Of a stretch of 64,000 nucleotides of DNA, positions 26,200 to 40,053 are shown one piece after another (position 1 is the first letter of the stretch; each line of letters starts with the position of its first letter). The notes under the pieces are model-generated. The model did not search any database and was not told the DNA's origin. It saw only the letters and a program-made list of their open reading frames with translations. The position numbers and the translations under genes were made by a program. The stretch lies in assembly GCF_009914755.1 (NCBI RefSeq), contig NC_060935.1. One strand, 5' to 3'. This DNA is from the human T2T-CHM13v2.0 reference genome, Homo sapiens.

Positions 26200-26680
26200 T
26201 GATTCTGAGGAAACTAGCTCTTTCTTCAACTCCAGACATGGAACCACTACCCAGGCTGAGCAGATCACATCTTTCTGCATCCTTGGTGAGGGTTATCTAT
26301 GTGACCTCAGATGGTGTGACCTCAGATGGAACAATCAGAGTGAATCTCAGGACTTTTGGCTGGAAATGTTGGAACATAGAACTCTCTTCCTCAAGACTGA
26401 ATAATATGAGGATGCGAATCCCAGAACTATTGCAACTATCTGTTTGCTTCCTTCCATGAGAGAAGTTAGCCTGAGGATGAAGTCAATACATTGAGAAGGG
26501 TTAGGACAAACCAAATTTCAGAGGACTTTTGCTGGGTCCCTGATGATATCATGAACTCCTGGATCAGGTTAGACCTGAAGTAACCCCTATTATTGAACTT
26601 TTCAGTTACAGCAGCCAATAAGAACAATAAGAACATACTTAGATAGTATAAGTTTTCTGTTGATTACAAAATGAAGAGCT
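26200..26680. mobile_element. MLT1-type MaLR LTR remnant
   Basis: cctggatcag...cctgaag...gaacttttcagttac..agccaataa...ttttctgtt. Confidence 0.5.
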
Positions 26681-27299
26681 CTAGTTCGTAAAATTGTGAA
26701 GGTAGCTGGTGACGGGCTTATGGAAAACAGTTCTGTAGAGAAAATGACAGCAACAAAGCTTCAGAGGTCAAAGAACAGAGGGCATATGACCCAATATTTG
26801 TGAGTTTAGCTTTTTCTAATGCTGCTACAAGGAGACTTATTCTTGTTAAGGAGGAATAGAACATAATAGTGATGGCTTGCCTCTTAGAGCATAAGCTATT
26901 TCCTTACAGGAACTTTTATGTGGAGCTGGAAAAATGTAAGGAAGCCAAGAATGCATTGACAGCTGCTATGGCAACCAGGATTCAAGGGGACAAAATTCTA
27001 AAGAAGAGGAAGTCATGCAGAAATGTGAAAGGACATTGTGACTTTTTGTCTTTGGGAATTTTTTAGTTTGGGATTTGGAAAGAGGGCCCAAGCAAGGGGT
27101 AGCTACTAAGAGGGCAGAGAAACCCACTGAAATTTTGATAGTCTCGTGAGGCTGAAGAGACAAAAAAAAATTTGAAGGGTCAGAATGTCAGTAAGAAGAA
27201 AGGGCTGGATAACTGATTCCAACATCATATCAGCTTCCCTACCATTAGTATTTGTCAATTTGAAACTTCTTGGGGCAGGGGACGAACAAACTTAGACTC

Positions 27300-28470
27300 T
27301 GAAAAACAGAATGCAATTTTGGTAGTCTCAGAATACCAAAGGGATGAGGATTAGAATTCAGGTCCAACTGTGCAGAAAAATCTCCAGTTAACACCTCAAG
27401 CTCTTATTGAGAATTCCAGGAAGAGGAGATAAATGAAAGATGATCCTACCTGTAACTGAAAATCTAGTTCAAATCAGCTTTGTCCTTGATTGGTGAAAGT
27501 TGATAGTCCCCAATCTATCTGTTTGGCAAAGGAAAGGATGAACCATTTCAGGAGGAAGATAACATTATTCAGAGTCTTTCTCATACACAATTCAATCAAA
27601 AATTACTAGGACCAAGTGACCAAATTCAAGAGAAAAGCTAGCCGATAGAAAGACCCATGGGAGATCCAAGTGTTGAACTGATCAGATGTGAACTTTAAAA
27701 TAGTTAGGATTAACATGTTTGAGAAAAATACAAAAAAACTAAGAAAATATATTAAAAGATACAGAATTTTAGCAGTTAGTTAGATTTTAAAAGCAACAAT
27801 CAAATTAAAATTTTAGAACTAAAAATGTAATAACTAAAATGAGAAGCTCAATAGATGGATTTGACAGAAGATTTGATACAAAAGAAAGCAGAAGTAATAA
27901 TCTGAAAAAATAGGCCAATAGAAAACATCCATATGAAACAAAGGATTTAAAAAAGAATTTAAAAAAGCACTGAAGAGTATAATAGATATATGAGGCACAG
28001 TAAATATTTCTAAAAATGGTATAATTTGAGTTCCAGTATGAGAAGAGAGAATGTGATGAAGCAAAATTTGAAGAGCTAATGGGATATAATGTTGCAAAAT
28101 GAATAAACCCCGCAGGTTTAATCATTCTTGCAAACTCTGAGAAGAAAACATCAGAATAAAACCACATTCAGGCTTTCCTTGTAAAACTGCTGAAAAGCAA
28201 AGACAAAGAGAACATCTTTAAAATAGGCAGAGGAAAAAAAGATAAAATAATATAAATTTTCTTATGAAACAACAGAATCCAGGAAATAATCGAATAACTT
28301 CTTTGAACTGCTGAAAAAAAGTCCAACTTAAAATTCTATATCCAGAAAAAATATTTAGCAAACATTAAAGCCAAATAGACGATTAAGACAAACAAAAACA
28401 AACAGAATGTGTCAGTAGCACAACTAAAGTAAAATAAATACTAAAAGGAGTTCTTTAGGAAGAAGAATAT
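27300..28470 (+). mobile_element. Ancient L1 (L1M) ORF1-region remnant
   Basis: A-rich, ORF1-like segments (aaaactgctgaaaagcaaagacaaagagaacatcttt; aattctatatccag). Confidence 0.6.
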
Positions 28471-28992
28471 TTATTCTTTTTTGGAAAGAACCCAAAAAGA
28501 TTATTCACTTCTTTCCTCCATCTCTGGGTATACATTTCCTCAGCTCTTTCTTGACTACACTGGCCCAGCCATCAAAGACTTTCCTCTTAAATCCCCAAAA
28601 TAAAAATTTTACACCACCTAACTATTGTAACCAGGGCTTGGCGTTCTGTCCCATCTAGCCATATTTCTTCACAGCCAAACTGAATCTGTCCTGTTGCTAT
28701 TAGGACTCATTATCTTTTTAAAAACAAAACATTTTTTCCTTCCATACCATGAAAGTAAATCACATCCAGTTGTAGAATATTTCTAAAATACGAAAGTACA
28801 AATATGTAAATAAAAGTTATTTATGTTCTCCTTTTCTTAAGTGATTGTTTTTGTTATTTTATTTATCATTATGTTTTTATTGGACATATAGGTTGTATCA
28901 TAATATGTTTTAATTGAGTAACCTTTATAAATATTCTTTTTCATAAATCTTTATATTTCTTAATGTTTTGTTTCTTAAGAAATATTTCTTTC

Positions 28993-29154
28993 TTTTTTTG
29001 TGATGGGGTCTTGCTATGTTGTCCAGTCTGAGTGCAACGGCTATTTACAGGCATGATCATAGTGTGCCACAGCCTCAAACTCCTGGGTTGAAGAAATCCT
29101 CCTGTCTTGGCCTCCCAAGTAGCTGGGACTATAGACATGTACTTCCACACTTGG
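28993..29154 (-). mobile_element. FAM (fossil Alu monomer)
   Basis: Monomeric, keeps the 7SL-like ggctatttacaggcatgatcatag segment absent from dimeric Alu. Confidence 0.7.
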
Positions 29155-29269
29155 ATCAAAGAGATATTTCTGAAAGTAAAATTTGGGGGTCAAAGGTATG
29201 GATTATTGTTTTTCTGACTCTTTTTTTAAAAAGTTGCTTCAGTGTCTTTGTTTTTCTTTCTTCCCCAGC

Positions 29270-30480
29270 ATCTCCCCAATCCTCCTCCCCACTGCCAACC
29301 TCTGATAAGCATAATTCTACTCTGTTTATATGGGTTTGACTTTGTTAGATTTCACACATGTGAAATCATGGATCATATGGTTATCCTATTTTTAATTTTT
29401 GAGGAAAATCCACACTGCTTTCCATAATGGCTACATTAATATGCCTTTCTAACAACAGTTCCCTTTACTCTACAACCTTGTCAACACTTGTTATTGTTTG
29501 TCTTTTTGATAATGGCCATTCTAACAGGTGTGGTATGATATTTCATTGTGCTTTGAGTTTGCATTTCCTTGATCATTAGTGACATTGAGCATTTTTCTCA
29601 TTTACTTGTTAGCCATTTGCATATCTTCTGAAAATTTGCTATTCAAGTCTTTTACCTGTTTTTAAATGGGCTTTTGTTTTCTTACTATTGAGTTGTTTGA
29701 GTTCCTTATATATTTTGGCTATTAACCCCTTATCAGATGTCTGGTTTGCAAATATTTTTTGCCTTTCTATAGGTTATGTTTTCACCTGGTGATTTTGCTG
29801 TGCAGTGCTTTTCATTTTTTATGTAATTTCATTTGTTTATTTTTGCTTTTGCTGCCTGTGCTGTTGGGGTCATATTAAAAAAAATTGTTGCCTAGATGTC
29901 ATGGAGATTTTTCACTATGTCTTCTTTTAATAGTTTTATGCTTCAGGTATTACATTGAAATATTTAATTTATTTCCAGTTGATTTTTGAATATGGTGTGA
30001 GATGTGGGTTTAATTTCACTCTTCTGCATGTGGATATCCAGTTTCCTAGAACCATTTATTGAAGAAAATGTCCTTTCCTCATTGTATGTCGCTATGTGGA
30101 AAATCAATTAAGTAAAAGTGTGTGAATTCATTTCTGGGCTCTTTATTCTGTTCCATTGGTGTCTGTTTCTACACAAATGCTCTGCTGCTTTGATTATTAT
30201 ATTATAGCTTTGTCGTGGATTTTGAAATGAGGTAGTGTGAAGCCTGCGGCTTTGTTCTTTTTGCTTAAGATTGCTTTGGCTATTTAGAATCTTTTGTAGT
30301 TCCATATGAATTAGGATTTAGTCTCTTTTTGTGAAAAATGTCATTGGAATTTTGATGGAGAGTGCATTGAATCTGTAGATCACTTTAGTTGGTATGGAGA
30401 CTTTAAAAGTATCAATCCTTCTAATCCATGAACACAGGATATCTTTCCATTTACTTGTATCTTCTTCAATTTCTTTAATC
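29270..30480 (-). mobile_element. Old L1 (L1MA/L1MB) ORF2 3' part
   Basis: Antisense L1 ORF2 motifs (cttctgcatgtggatatccagttt, gcattgaatctgtagatcactt). Confidence 0.8.
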
Positions 30481-31238
30481 AGAACTGGGACTAGTATAAA
30501 ATTCGGGGGCTCTGCAGTTTGCTACTTAAGCCTATATACACTTTTTTCAAGCACCCTGATATCATCATAACTTCATAGTTGGGATCTATTAATATTCTCT
30601 AAAGCAGAGAATATTAAACACTACCTGTTAGCAGGATGTTCCCACCTTCTCCATGTTCTCTCTCTTTTTTCTGACTTCAGCGGTATCTCAGTGTGGTGCT
30701 TCCATTGTCGTCTATGAAATTCTTCTTATGGTAAGGTTCTTGTGTGTAATTATTCAATACTATATCCTATATTATCTAGTCTCAGTGCACTGTCTTGATC
30801 AAAGAACGCTGTTCAGAAACCAAAGAGTGACTTCAAAACCACTCAAGTTCTTTGAGTGTTTGTAAAAACCTGTAAAGGATAAACATTCATAGCAATTCTT
30901 TGACATATTTTTTTCTTCTCCTATCCACTTTCTCACAATAGCTGCTCTCTTGTGCTTCTCAGAAATTCTCATTTCCTTCTTAAGATTTATTCCTCCAACC
31001 CTACCTTGTCCTCCTGTCTCTCTCCTGCTTCCATTCCTTTTCTGATTCTGATCCCAACATTTGGAAGACTCTTCTGGCAATGGAAGAACTCTTCTCCAAA
31101 TATGAAGTCTGGGGTGACATTGAGTAGTCAAAATCAAAGCCATCATTGGCAAGCAGAGGGATTGGGGAAAACTTGGAACGGTTACATATTAACAATGTTA
31201 TCTGTTCACAGGTCTTTCATGCAGAGTGGAAATCTGAA

Positions 31239-31275
31239 TGTGTGTGTGTGTGTGTGTGTGAGTGTGTGTGTGTGT
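31239..31275. repeat. (TG)n microsatellite
   Basis: Direct reading. Confidence 0.9.
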
Positions 31276-32014
31276 TTAGGGATCTATCACTTACCTTTCC
31301 TTCCAGGGCAATAGTGCTCATCCTTGGCTACTATATTACCTTGATAACAAGTAACAGGGAATCAACTTTTCAAACTGTAGTAGATTGGAAATAGCTTATT
31401 GTAAAGCATCTATGAAGTTATATACTTCTGATATAACCTCAGGCCCTTTTGTTTTTATATTTTCATTGGTCAGGATATACAGTAGAAACAAAGGAGACGG
31501 TGGAGTGTGATGGATAAGAATACAGGCTTTGGAACTACATAGACCTGCATCCCAAGCCTGACTCTACCACGTATTTGCTTTATGACTTTGGGCAAGCCAC
31601 TACAATCTTCTGATTTATTTGTAAAAGAGAGATAACACTTCGCAAGGTTATTTTGAAGGTTTAATTGTATCATTTAGTCAATAAATATTTATTGAGAACT
31701 TCTGTGTGCCAGTACTATTCTAGGCACTGGGACTCTGACAGTGAACCAGCAAGAAAACCTCACTGCTCCCAAGTAGCTGAGAGCCCAGTGATAATCCATG
31801 TAAAGTCTGCACACTACCTGGCACATAGCGAGCACTCAATAAATGGAAGAAATAATCATACTATTACTAGATTTTATCAAAAATATTTGCCTTTCTGATC
31901 TTGTTGGGTGAAAGATAGTTTCACTTAGCTAAATAAAGTCTTAGAATTCTAAAATGTCTAAGTTAGAAGGGTTAATGGTGTGTTTTGTTGTTTCAGGGCA
32001 AGGGGATTGGGGAC

Positions 32015-32540
32015 TGTATCACTCTGGTGTCACTAGCCTCTGAGATTGCCTCCCAGTGATGCCTGCTTCCTGGTGTTCACATCCTTATATAGTCTGCTCC
32101 CTCAGTGTGCCAGGTTTGGTTTGTGCTAATACAATATGGCAGAGCAATGGTATGTCACTTCTAACATTAGGTTATAGAAGATATTGAGGATTCCTTCTTG
32201 GACATTCTCTTTCTTTCTTTCTCAGATTATTCACTTTGGGGGAAGCCAGCTGCCATGCTATGAACCGCCTCATGGAGAGGCCCACATGACAGGAAACTGA
32301 GGCCTCCAGCCAATAGCCATATTAGTGATCTTGGGAGTGAATTCTGCAGCCCTGATGGGCCTTCTTATGACAGGAGCCCCAGCTAACAGCTTGACTGTGA
32401 CTTCATGGGAGACACTGAGCCAGACCTATCCAGCTAAGCAGCTCCCAGATGCCTGATCCTTAGAAACTGTGTGAGAAAATAAATGCTTGTTATTTTAAGA
32501 TGCTAAGTTTTGGGATAATTTGTTGTGCAGTAATAGATGC
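32015..32540 (+). mobile_element. MLT1 (MaLR) LTR
   Basis: ggaagccagctgccatg ... aggaaactgaggcctccagccaa ... gaaactgtgtgagaaaataaatgcttgttattttaag..gctaagttttggg. Confidence 0.75.
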
Positions 32541-32691
32541 TATTAATAACATACTCATTATAGGGGCTTGATAAATATTTTTGGAATAATTTAATGCACA
32601 TATATTTGGTTTTTCATCCTAAGTTCAAGATATTCAGTAACTTTCCCAAGATCCCACACTTGTCTCTTCCTTGTTAATGAGCCTCAGTCTT

Positions 32692-33104
32692 TGATATGGT
32701 TTGGCTATGTCCACACCCAAATCTCATCTTGAATTGTAGCTCCCATAATTCCCACGTGTCATGGGAGGGACCTAGTGGGAGGTAATTGAATCATGGGGAT
32801 GGGTCTTCCCATGCTGACCAATAGCATGATATCGGACAGCATGGGAAAGACATGATAGCAAATAAGTCTCAGTGATAGAGAATAAGTCTCAAGAGATCTG
32901 ATGCTATTACACAGGGGAGTTCCCCTGCACATGCCCTCTTTGCCTGCTGCCATGTAAGAAGTCCCTTTGTTCTTCCTGCATCTTCTGCCATGATTGTGAG
33001 GCATCCCCGGTCACATGGAACTGTGAGTCCATTAAACCTCTTTCCTTTATAAATTACCCAGTCTCGGGTATGTCTTTATCAGCGGCATGAGAACGACTAA
33101 TACA
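32692..33104 (+). mobile_element. THE1 solo LTR (MaLR) with 5-bp TSD
   Basis: tgatatggtttggct ... ctaataca termini; gtctt at 32687-32691 and 33105-33109. Confidence 0.92.
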
Positions 33105-36100
33105 GTCTTAATGTTTGATCTGCCTTGATCTTAATGTTTCCCCAGTTCTTTCTCCTCCCCACATCCTGCCTTCAGCCAGAAGGGGCAGGAGCATTAGCCT
33201 CTGGGCTCCCTGACTTGGTTTGGTCCCTCTTCACCAGCAATGACTGGGCCTATTTTCCTTAAGAGACAATAATCCTGGCTTATTATGTATCCAGAAGCTA
33301 TGGGAACATTTGTTTCCCTTCTGAGCCTGTTTTATCTATAAATTTCAATATATTAGCTAAGAAAGCTTATATCTGAGACCTGGAGGGAAGTGCCCTTTTA
33401 AAAGCTATTGCATTCTGATCCTCGTATTTCTTTCCAGAGACAAGGTTAGGGGTGGAAAATGCACTCATGGTAGAAAAGAAAGGCTTTTCAAGTCATCCTG
33501 TTATACCAGGAGTGGGAAAATCAAGGCAGAGGCTGATAAATGAATCTCAGGGTCAAACCAGATCCAGAAAAAACAGAGTCTAAGTCCTGAGCTGTTGAGA
33601 CCTTAGACAAAGCTTGCCCCATATGAGAAACTTGTAGTATTTTTCTGGCTCTAACAGGAACCAGCACAGGGACTCCCAAGATTGAGGACACCAAGCTGCT
33701 GCGGTGTCCTAATTTACCACACTGAGAAGAGTTTGAAATTTTTCCCTCTGTGTGTGTGTGTGCACGCGTGTGTGTGTTTGTGACTGTTAGGTACACTAGC
33801 CCCCAAGGCAGGTAGTAGGTCATATTGCTTATTCCATCCCAGTACCACACGCTTCTGGGCATACAGTAAATGTTGAATCAAGGCAAGGATGTGCACGTTT
33901 AAGCCTCTGTAATTGTGTTTGCTTATCTTAAGGCATTCTTTCTTTATTCATTTTAACCCTTAAAAAGTTTCTTCTTCTTTCTACAAAAACAAAACAACCA
34001 GAAAGACAAAACAAAAACCAAAATTGGTGACCTCATGCCTTATAGTTGTTCCTGTCTTCTGAGTGGCATTTGCTGTCTGAAGATATTTTCATCTATTACT
34101 GCATTTTTTTTTCTCCTCTTAGGTTTAGATCAGAGCTTATTTTTCAATAAGACGTGTTCAGAAAAGCTATCTTCCTTTACCAAATTGCACACTTCACAAA
34201 AGACAGAGATGAGATTTGAACCTTGGGCTGTCTGACTTTAAAGCCCCATGTCCGCTCCACTACCCAGGCTGTCTCTGTGCACATGCTGAGGCCACAGTCC
34301 TTTAGTCTCCAAGTGCTTGGCCACCCCTCTAGAATAAGGAGGTGATGCCTGGCTTCTCAAAAGGGATGAGGCTCTGGGCTTCCCACTCATTTTCAACAGA
34401 GTGCTTCCACTGTGGCTTTACATTTTGAGCTTTCCTATATAATTTCATTGGAACAAAACATTCCAAAGCAAGATGACACCAAATCAAACTGGAACAAACA
34501 AACAAGTCCACTGACTTTTGGTGATTAGGTGACCTCTAAGCTCCCTACTATAAAAGCTCACTCCAATGTCTTTCTTTCTGAGCCAATGTCTTCCATCTCA
34601 GGCTCCTGGCAATGAAGAGTGAGCATGGAGCCAGACCTCCTTTGGTATAATACAGCATCCGCTTCCCTCCAGCTGGGCTCAGCTGCAGGGCTTGTGCCCA
34701 TGGGAGGTTTCTGGGGAAAGGACAAACCAAGGCAACATTAAACCAAGAATGTTCAGCATGTCACAACTTTCACAAGCAGGACTGTGAGCCAGTATATCCT
34801 AATGGCTAAAAGCACAGGCTTTGGCTTTAAACATATATGGGTTATATGTTGACTGCTTTCTAGATTTTTGACCTTGGGCAAGTTCCTTTATCCACCTAAG
34901 CCTCAGCATCACCATTGGTAAAATAGAGATAGTAATGCCCATTTCATAAAGTTGTTACAAAGATGAAATGAGCCTATATATGTAAAGCACAGGCAGCTAC
35001 CATTTGTTGAGCACTTACTAGAAGCCAGGAGCTCTGCTAAGTGTTTTATATACATTGCCTTAGTGCATCTTCACAACAAACCTACGAGGTGGGCATGTTT
35101 GGCCTGTAACTGGATACAAAGGAAACAGTCAGTAAGTGGGAGTTTTCATTATTATAGTTATTGTTGTTACAATGACATGGTGTTGGGTCAGCCATGAGTG
35201 ATGACTACAGTGAGCATCCACATGCAATGATGCTGGGTTGGACCCTCCCACATGCTGCCTTCACCTGGTTCTCCAGCTGGGGAGGATGATGTCACTCCAC
35301 AGAGCTAAGAGATTTCTCAGCAAGTGTTTTCTGTAGAGATTTCTCCTCTCTTGGCTCCCCTCCTCAATGTCAGTCCCAACTGCCTGCTCTACCATCTGGC
35401 ATTGGTAGGTGAGATGGTAAAAATAATTTTCAGAAAATATATTATGTTTCAAGTCTGAAATCTAAAGTTCCAGGTTTTTCACTTTCAGACAGAGAAAGGA
35501 TGACTGTCATTCACCATTCATTGATGTGTGATACCTTTGGGGGAATCGTAGTGTCTCTCTAAGCCTACATTTCTACACCTGGAAAAACGGAAAGAAAATG
35601 AATAAGGAATGAAACATTTAGTGAGCATCTACTACATATCAGGAGCTCAATGTAAGTTGTCTCAATTATTCATCTCAACATGCTATAATTATTGTCCCTG
35701 TTTTATAAATGATGAAAACTTAGGCTCAGGCAGGTTGAGGCTCACCCAAGATCTCATGGCCATTAAGTGACAGAAGCGGAACTTGAATGCAAGTTTTCTG
35801 AAACATGTTATACGTTATTTCCACCACATCAACCAACAATTTGAAAGGCTGTCCTAGAGCCGCCTCCCATCCCTCCTTCTGAGTATGTGGAAGGACACAA
35901 TCTCCTCTTTGCTTCGGCCTTTTCATAGGTAAACATCCCTTTGTAAACTACCCATTATGGGGGAACAGATGCCTGCTGTCTTCTAGTGGAGTTTCAAAGG
36001 CCCGAATACCTCCACCTGCAGCCAACACAGCACATTTTGCAGGTACTTTGCAGTAATATGAGCCTCTGGTTATTTCCTGAGATGGATTCTTTAATTTTCA

Positions 36101-38170
36101 TGCTTAAACACAAATATAGCTTTGGTCCCTGTAAACAAACACAGTGACAAAGCTACATGACTCACCTACCAGTCATTTCCAGTGGCTTTCCAAAGCATGG
36201 GCATGGCATGGTACTGACCACGCATTCTGTCTCCCTGGAAACTGGTTCTTAGGACATGCCTGAGAAAATTAGTTCACTTGTCAGCCACCTGCACTGTGCC
36301 ATTCTGTTAAGGTAGATTAAGGAGGTGAGGAATGAGGTCTGAGAGCAAGGGGAATCATGGCTTTGCTTGGAAAGAAAGAAGTCTCTTTTGGGCTAGGAGC
36401 AATCAATCATTTGACAATCAATTGATTTAGAGTGTGTTGAGAGCCAGGTGCCTGGAATATAAAAAGAGATGAGTTCAGGGAGCCTGGAGGCAAAACCAAG
36501 GTTGGAACATGTTTCCTGACCAGCACAAGCGGTAGAGTATTTAACATTATTGACTATTTAGGAAAATCTGGACTTTCACCATAAGCTTAAGACATGGTAC
36601 CCTGTCATTAATCTTACAATCTTTTGGTAAAGGAAAATGAAGTTGTTGGGATTGAAAAACCTCTCCTTCTAAATCTCCTTTCCCAAATATGGGCCACTTA
36701 GAATTCTACCTTGAGTTTTTTGTCTTTTGCTTAAAGTTTTGATCATTATTAACATGTAAATATCCTGGGAAAAAATAACTGATGTGATCAGGGATAGGCT
36801 TCACCCATCATACTATTTCAAAAGAAGGAAAGAGCTAAACTAATGTGTTGAGAGGGACTCTCAGGTAGGACTCTGTGAGAGAGATCTGTCCTTGGGCTGG
36901 AATGAGAAGTGGTAGGATGGATGTTTTACAGGCACATTTATTTACCTTACAGTGGGGTGCATTAGTTTACTCATTCAATAGTGGTATTTGGGTATAAAAG
37001 AAGGATCTAGGAGTAAGTCATAAAAATACATATTTCTCATTAAAATTAATATTATAGAGAAGTTAGGAAACGAGAAAAAAATAAATATAAAATAGAAAAA
37101 TATCGATAGTTTTACCTCTCAAGTATATATTTTATGTCTTAACATATGTGCTAACAATTTTGTATATTTCTTTCCAGCCGTTGTTCTATGCATTACTTTT
37201 TTAAAACGTAGTTGAGATTAAATTACAGCATAATTTTGTATCCTGTCTTTTCATTATCATTATACCCTAAGCACTTTGCATATTACTATAAACTTTAATA
37301 TTAAAATAGCTAATATATTTTAAGTATTGATAATCAGTATGTGCTAGACACCATGCTAAACACTATATGAGATCCACTATCCCATTTAATCTCCACATAA
37401 ATTAGTAGGTACTATTACTGTTTTTATATTACAAAGGCTAACACTGAGGCTTAGAAAAGTTAGTTCATTTGTTCACAGCCACACAGCTAAAAGTGGAACA
37501 GTTGGGATGTAAATCCAGGCTTGCCAGGCTGCTAAACATGTATTACTATTTTTTCAAGGATGATATTATGTGATAGTTTAATTGAAAGTGTTTTTTCTTA
37601 CTTAATGATACATGAAATATGGAGGATCTTACAATTAATGGCACCTTAGCATAAATGAAACTTAGTTGTATTAATCTAGGATTACTTTTTATACCTCTAC
37701 AAATCTCTATGCCTTTACCCCATCAGTTTTGAAAACATATTTTATTTTCTTTTTTTTCTCCATGCGTGACCTGCTATTGTCAATGGCCATTTGGAATTCC
37801 CAAAGGATTGGTAGAGGTATGCAGTTGGGATAAAGCATTAAGGATACCAACCAAATGACTCACCAGGGAAAACCTGAGCTCTGCTCTTAAATCTGTCTGT
37901 ATTCCTGGCCAAGATGCCTCATCTCCTCCTTAGTGCTCTCAGTCTTCTTCTACTTTAATGTTATTTTTAATGACCATATAATTTTCTTTCAAGTGGGAAA
38001 AATGATGGGCTTGATTGTTCTCCTATTCGTGGCATTTCTTTTATTTCAATATATTCACTATATAAATAAGGTAGGAGCAAGCATTAAAACATGGTGGGTG
38101 AGAAACTCTAGAGATGGAGGGAAAAAGAACATAGGAATTATTTATTTTCTCTGGGTACTGTGCTCTTCTA

Positions 38171-38480
38171 CAGGGTGTTCATAAAGGCTAGAAACATAGA
38201 AAAATATATATAACAAATGTTTTATTGATATTACAGACAATAGGCGATGTGTTCAAAGTGCTATCTCTCATTATCAATGTGTGGTTCAATGTGCTGATGA
38301 AAATTGCAAAAAACTAGGTACTCTTAATGCATTTCCATAAATCTGTACAGATGCATCTAGGATGCATTGTCTCAGACAATTTATGCCTAGATTTTTCCAT
38401 TGTGTAAACTGTGCCATTAACATACCCCCAGAGGAAGAATTATAATGAGTTCAGTCTTTGCAAAAGTAGATGTTGGTCAC
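38171..38480 (-). mobile_element. Ancient Tc1/mariner DNA transposon fragment (DNA1_Mam-like)
   Basis: TA + cagggtgt terminus; minus strand reads FFLWGYVNGTVY and HFEHI, typical of Tc1/mariner transposase C-termini. Confidence 0.6.
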
Positions 38481-38769
38481 TCTACATTATGTTGTAATAC
38501 ACTCTGTGTTATGGCTTTTTTATCACAGTTTGCCTGGCTTACTACAAACATCTGTATATTGGACATCTCTTTACCAGACACCATAATTCCTTATATATAT
38601 GAGATATATATATATATATAAAATATATATATATAAAATTTATTTGACATGTGTAGTATATTTTTCTCCATGAGATAATGAGCACTTACAGGGCAAGAAT
38701 ATTCTCAGCTGCAGAGGTGATCACACTCCACAATTTATGAAACATAATTATTATTAGGCCCTGAAGCAT

Positions 38770-40053
38770 TTCTTTTTAAATTTTACATGTTTATGTACTG
38801 TCTTTTATTTTCCTACTCACTCCAGTTTCCATGCCTCTTACCATGGGTGACCATTCTGTTTAATGTGTTTGTTGTACATGGTCTCCTGTGGGGTTGGGTA
38901 AAGAATTCGTTGGGATGTACACCTGGAATCTCTGGGTCCTAACTCCCACCCACAGTAATGAACTTTCTTGTGGCATCTCATCCTCATCAACACTTCCACT
39001 GTCCAGCTTGGGATTGTTGTTGGTTCAGAAGGTAGAAAGTGATATCTCCTTGTTTTAAATTACTTTTCTCTAAACACGGTGACTATAGTTAATAACAATG
39101 TATTGTGTACTTGAAAATTGCTAAGAGAGTGGATTTTAAGTGTTCTTACCACAAAAAATGGTATGTGGAGCTAATATATGGTAACTAGCTGAGTTTAGCC
39201 ATTCCACAAATCTATACATATTTCAAAACATCATTTTGTACACCATACATATATATACTTTTTATTTATCAATTGAAAACATTACAATTAAAAACAGCTT
39301 TCCTCTGACTACTAGTAATTTTGAATGACTTTAATATACTAAGTAATCTTCTGTGTTTCCTCTTCTTCAAATTGTCTTTTCATACCCTCTATTTTCTTAT
39401 TGGGGCTATTGTATTTGGGGAAATTTATTGAATTTGTTTGAATATTTTAGATATTGGTTTTAGAGATTACAAATATCTTCTGAGGTGCTCTCTCACTTTC
39501 CTTTTAAATACTGTCATTCCCCTATTTTTTTTTCATGATGTCCTTCAATGAACAAAAATCCACAGTTTTGTTATAGTCAAATCTTTCAAGGGTTTTTTTT
39601 CATTGCCATTGGGTTTGTGCTCTGGAAGTTTTATTGATGCTCTCTCTTTCCCTGCCACAAGCCCCTAGGTCACAAAAATATTCTACATTTTCTTCTAATT
39701 ATTTTAGTTTTATAGCTCACATTTAGGCCTTTAATTAATCTAGAATCTATCCTTGTTTAAGGAGTTCAATGAGGATTTCATTAATTTCAGTTTTCTAGTT
39801 TCTCAATATTTATTAAACAAAGTGTCTCTCAATGAATGCGTAATCTATTATCTATTTGTCCGACACTAAGTTTTTCTCTTCTGTTGGCTAATTTGTTTTT
39901 GAAACATTACCACACTGTTTTCATTATCAGTCTCTAATATGTCTTAAAGTTAATGTTGTCTTGGTAATTTGTGAACCAATATAAATTTTAGATGATCAAG
40001 TTCCTTGAAAACAATCCAGCTGGAATTTTAGTTGGTATTGCCTTGATTTTACA
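38770..40053 (-). mobile_element. Ancient L1M fragment containing a + strand L1MA/MB 3'-end insert (~39077-39290)
   Basis: Antisense L1 motifs; insert ggtgactatagttaataacaatgtattg..acttgaaaattgctaagagagtggattttaa. Confidence 0.6.

Noticed and set aside
25965-26459. 164-aa ORF
   Set aside because: Non-ATG start, spans degenerate L1/MLT1 remnants, low-complexity composition
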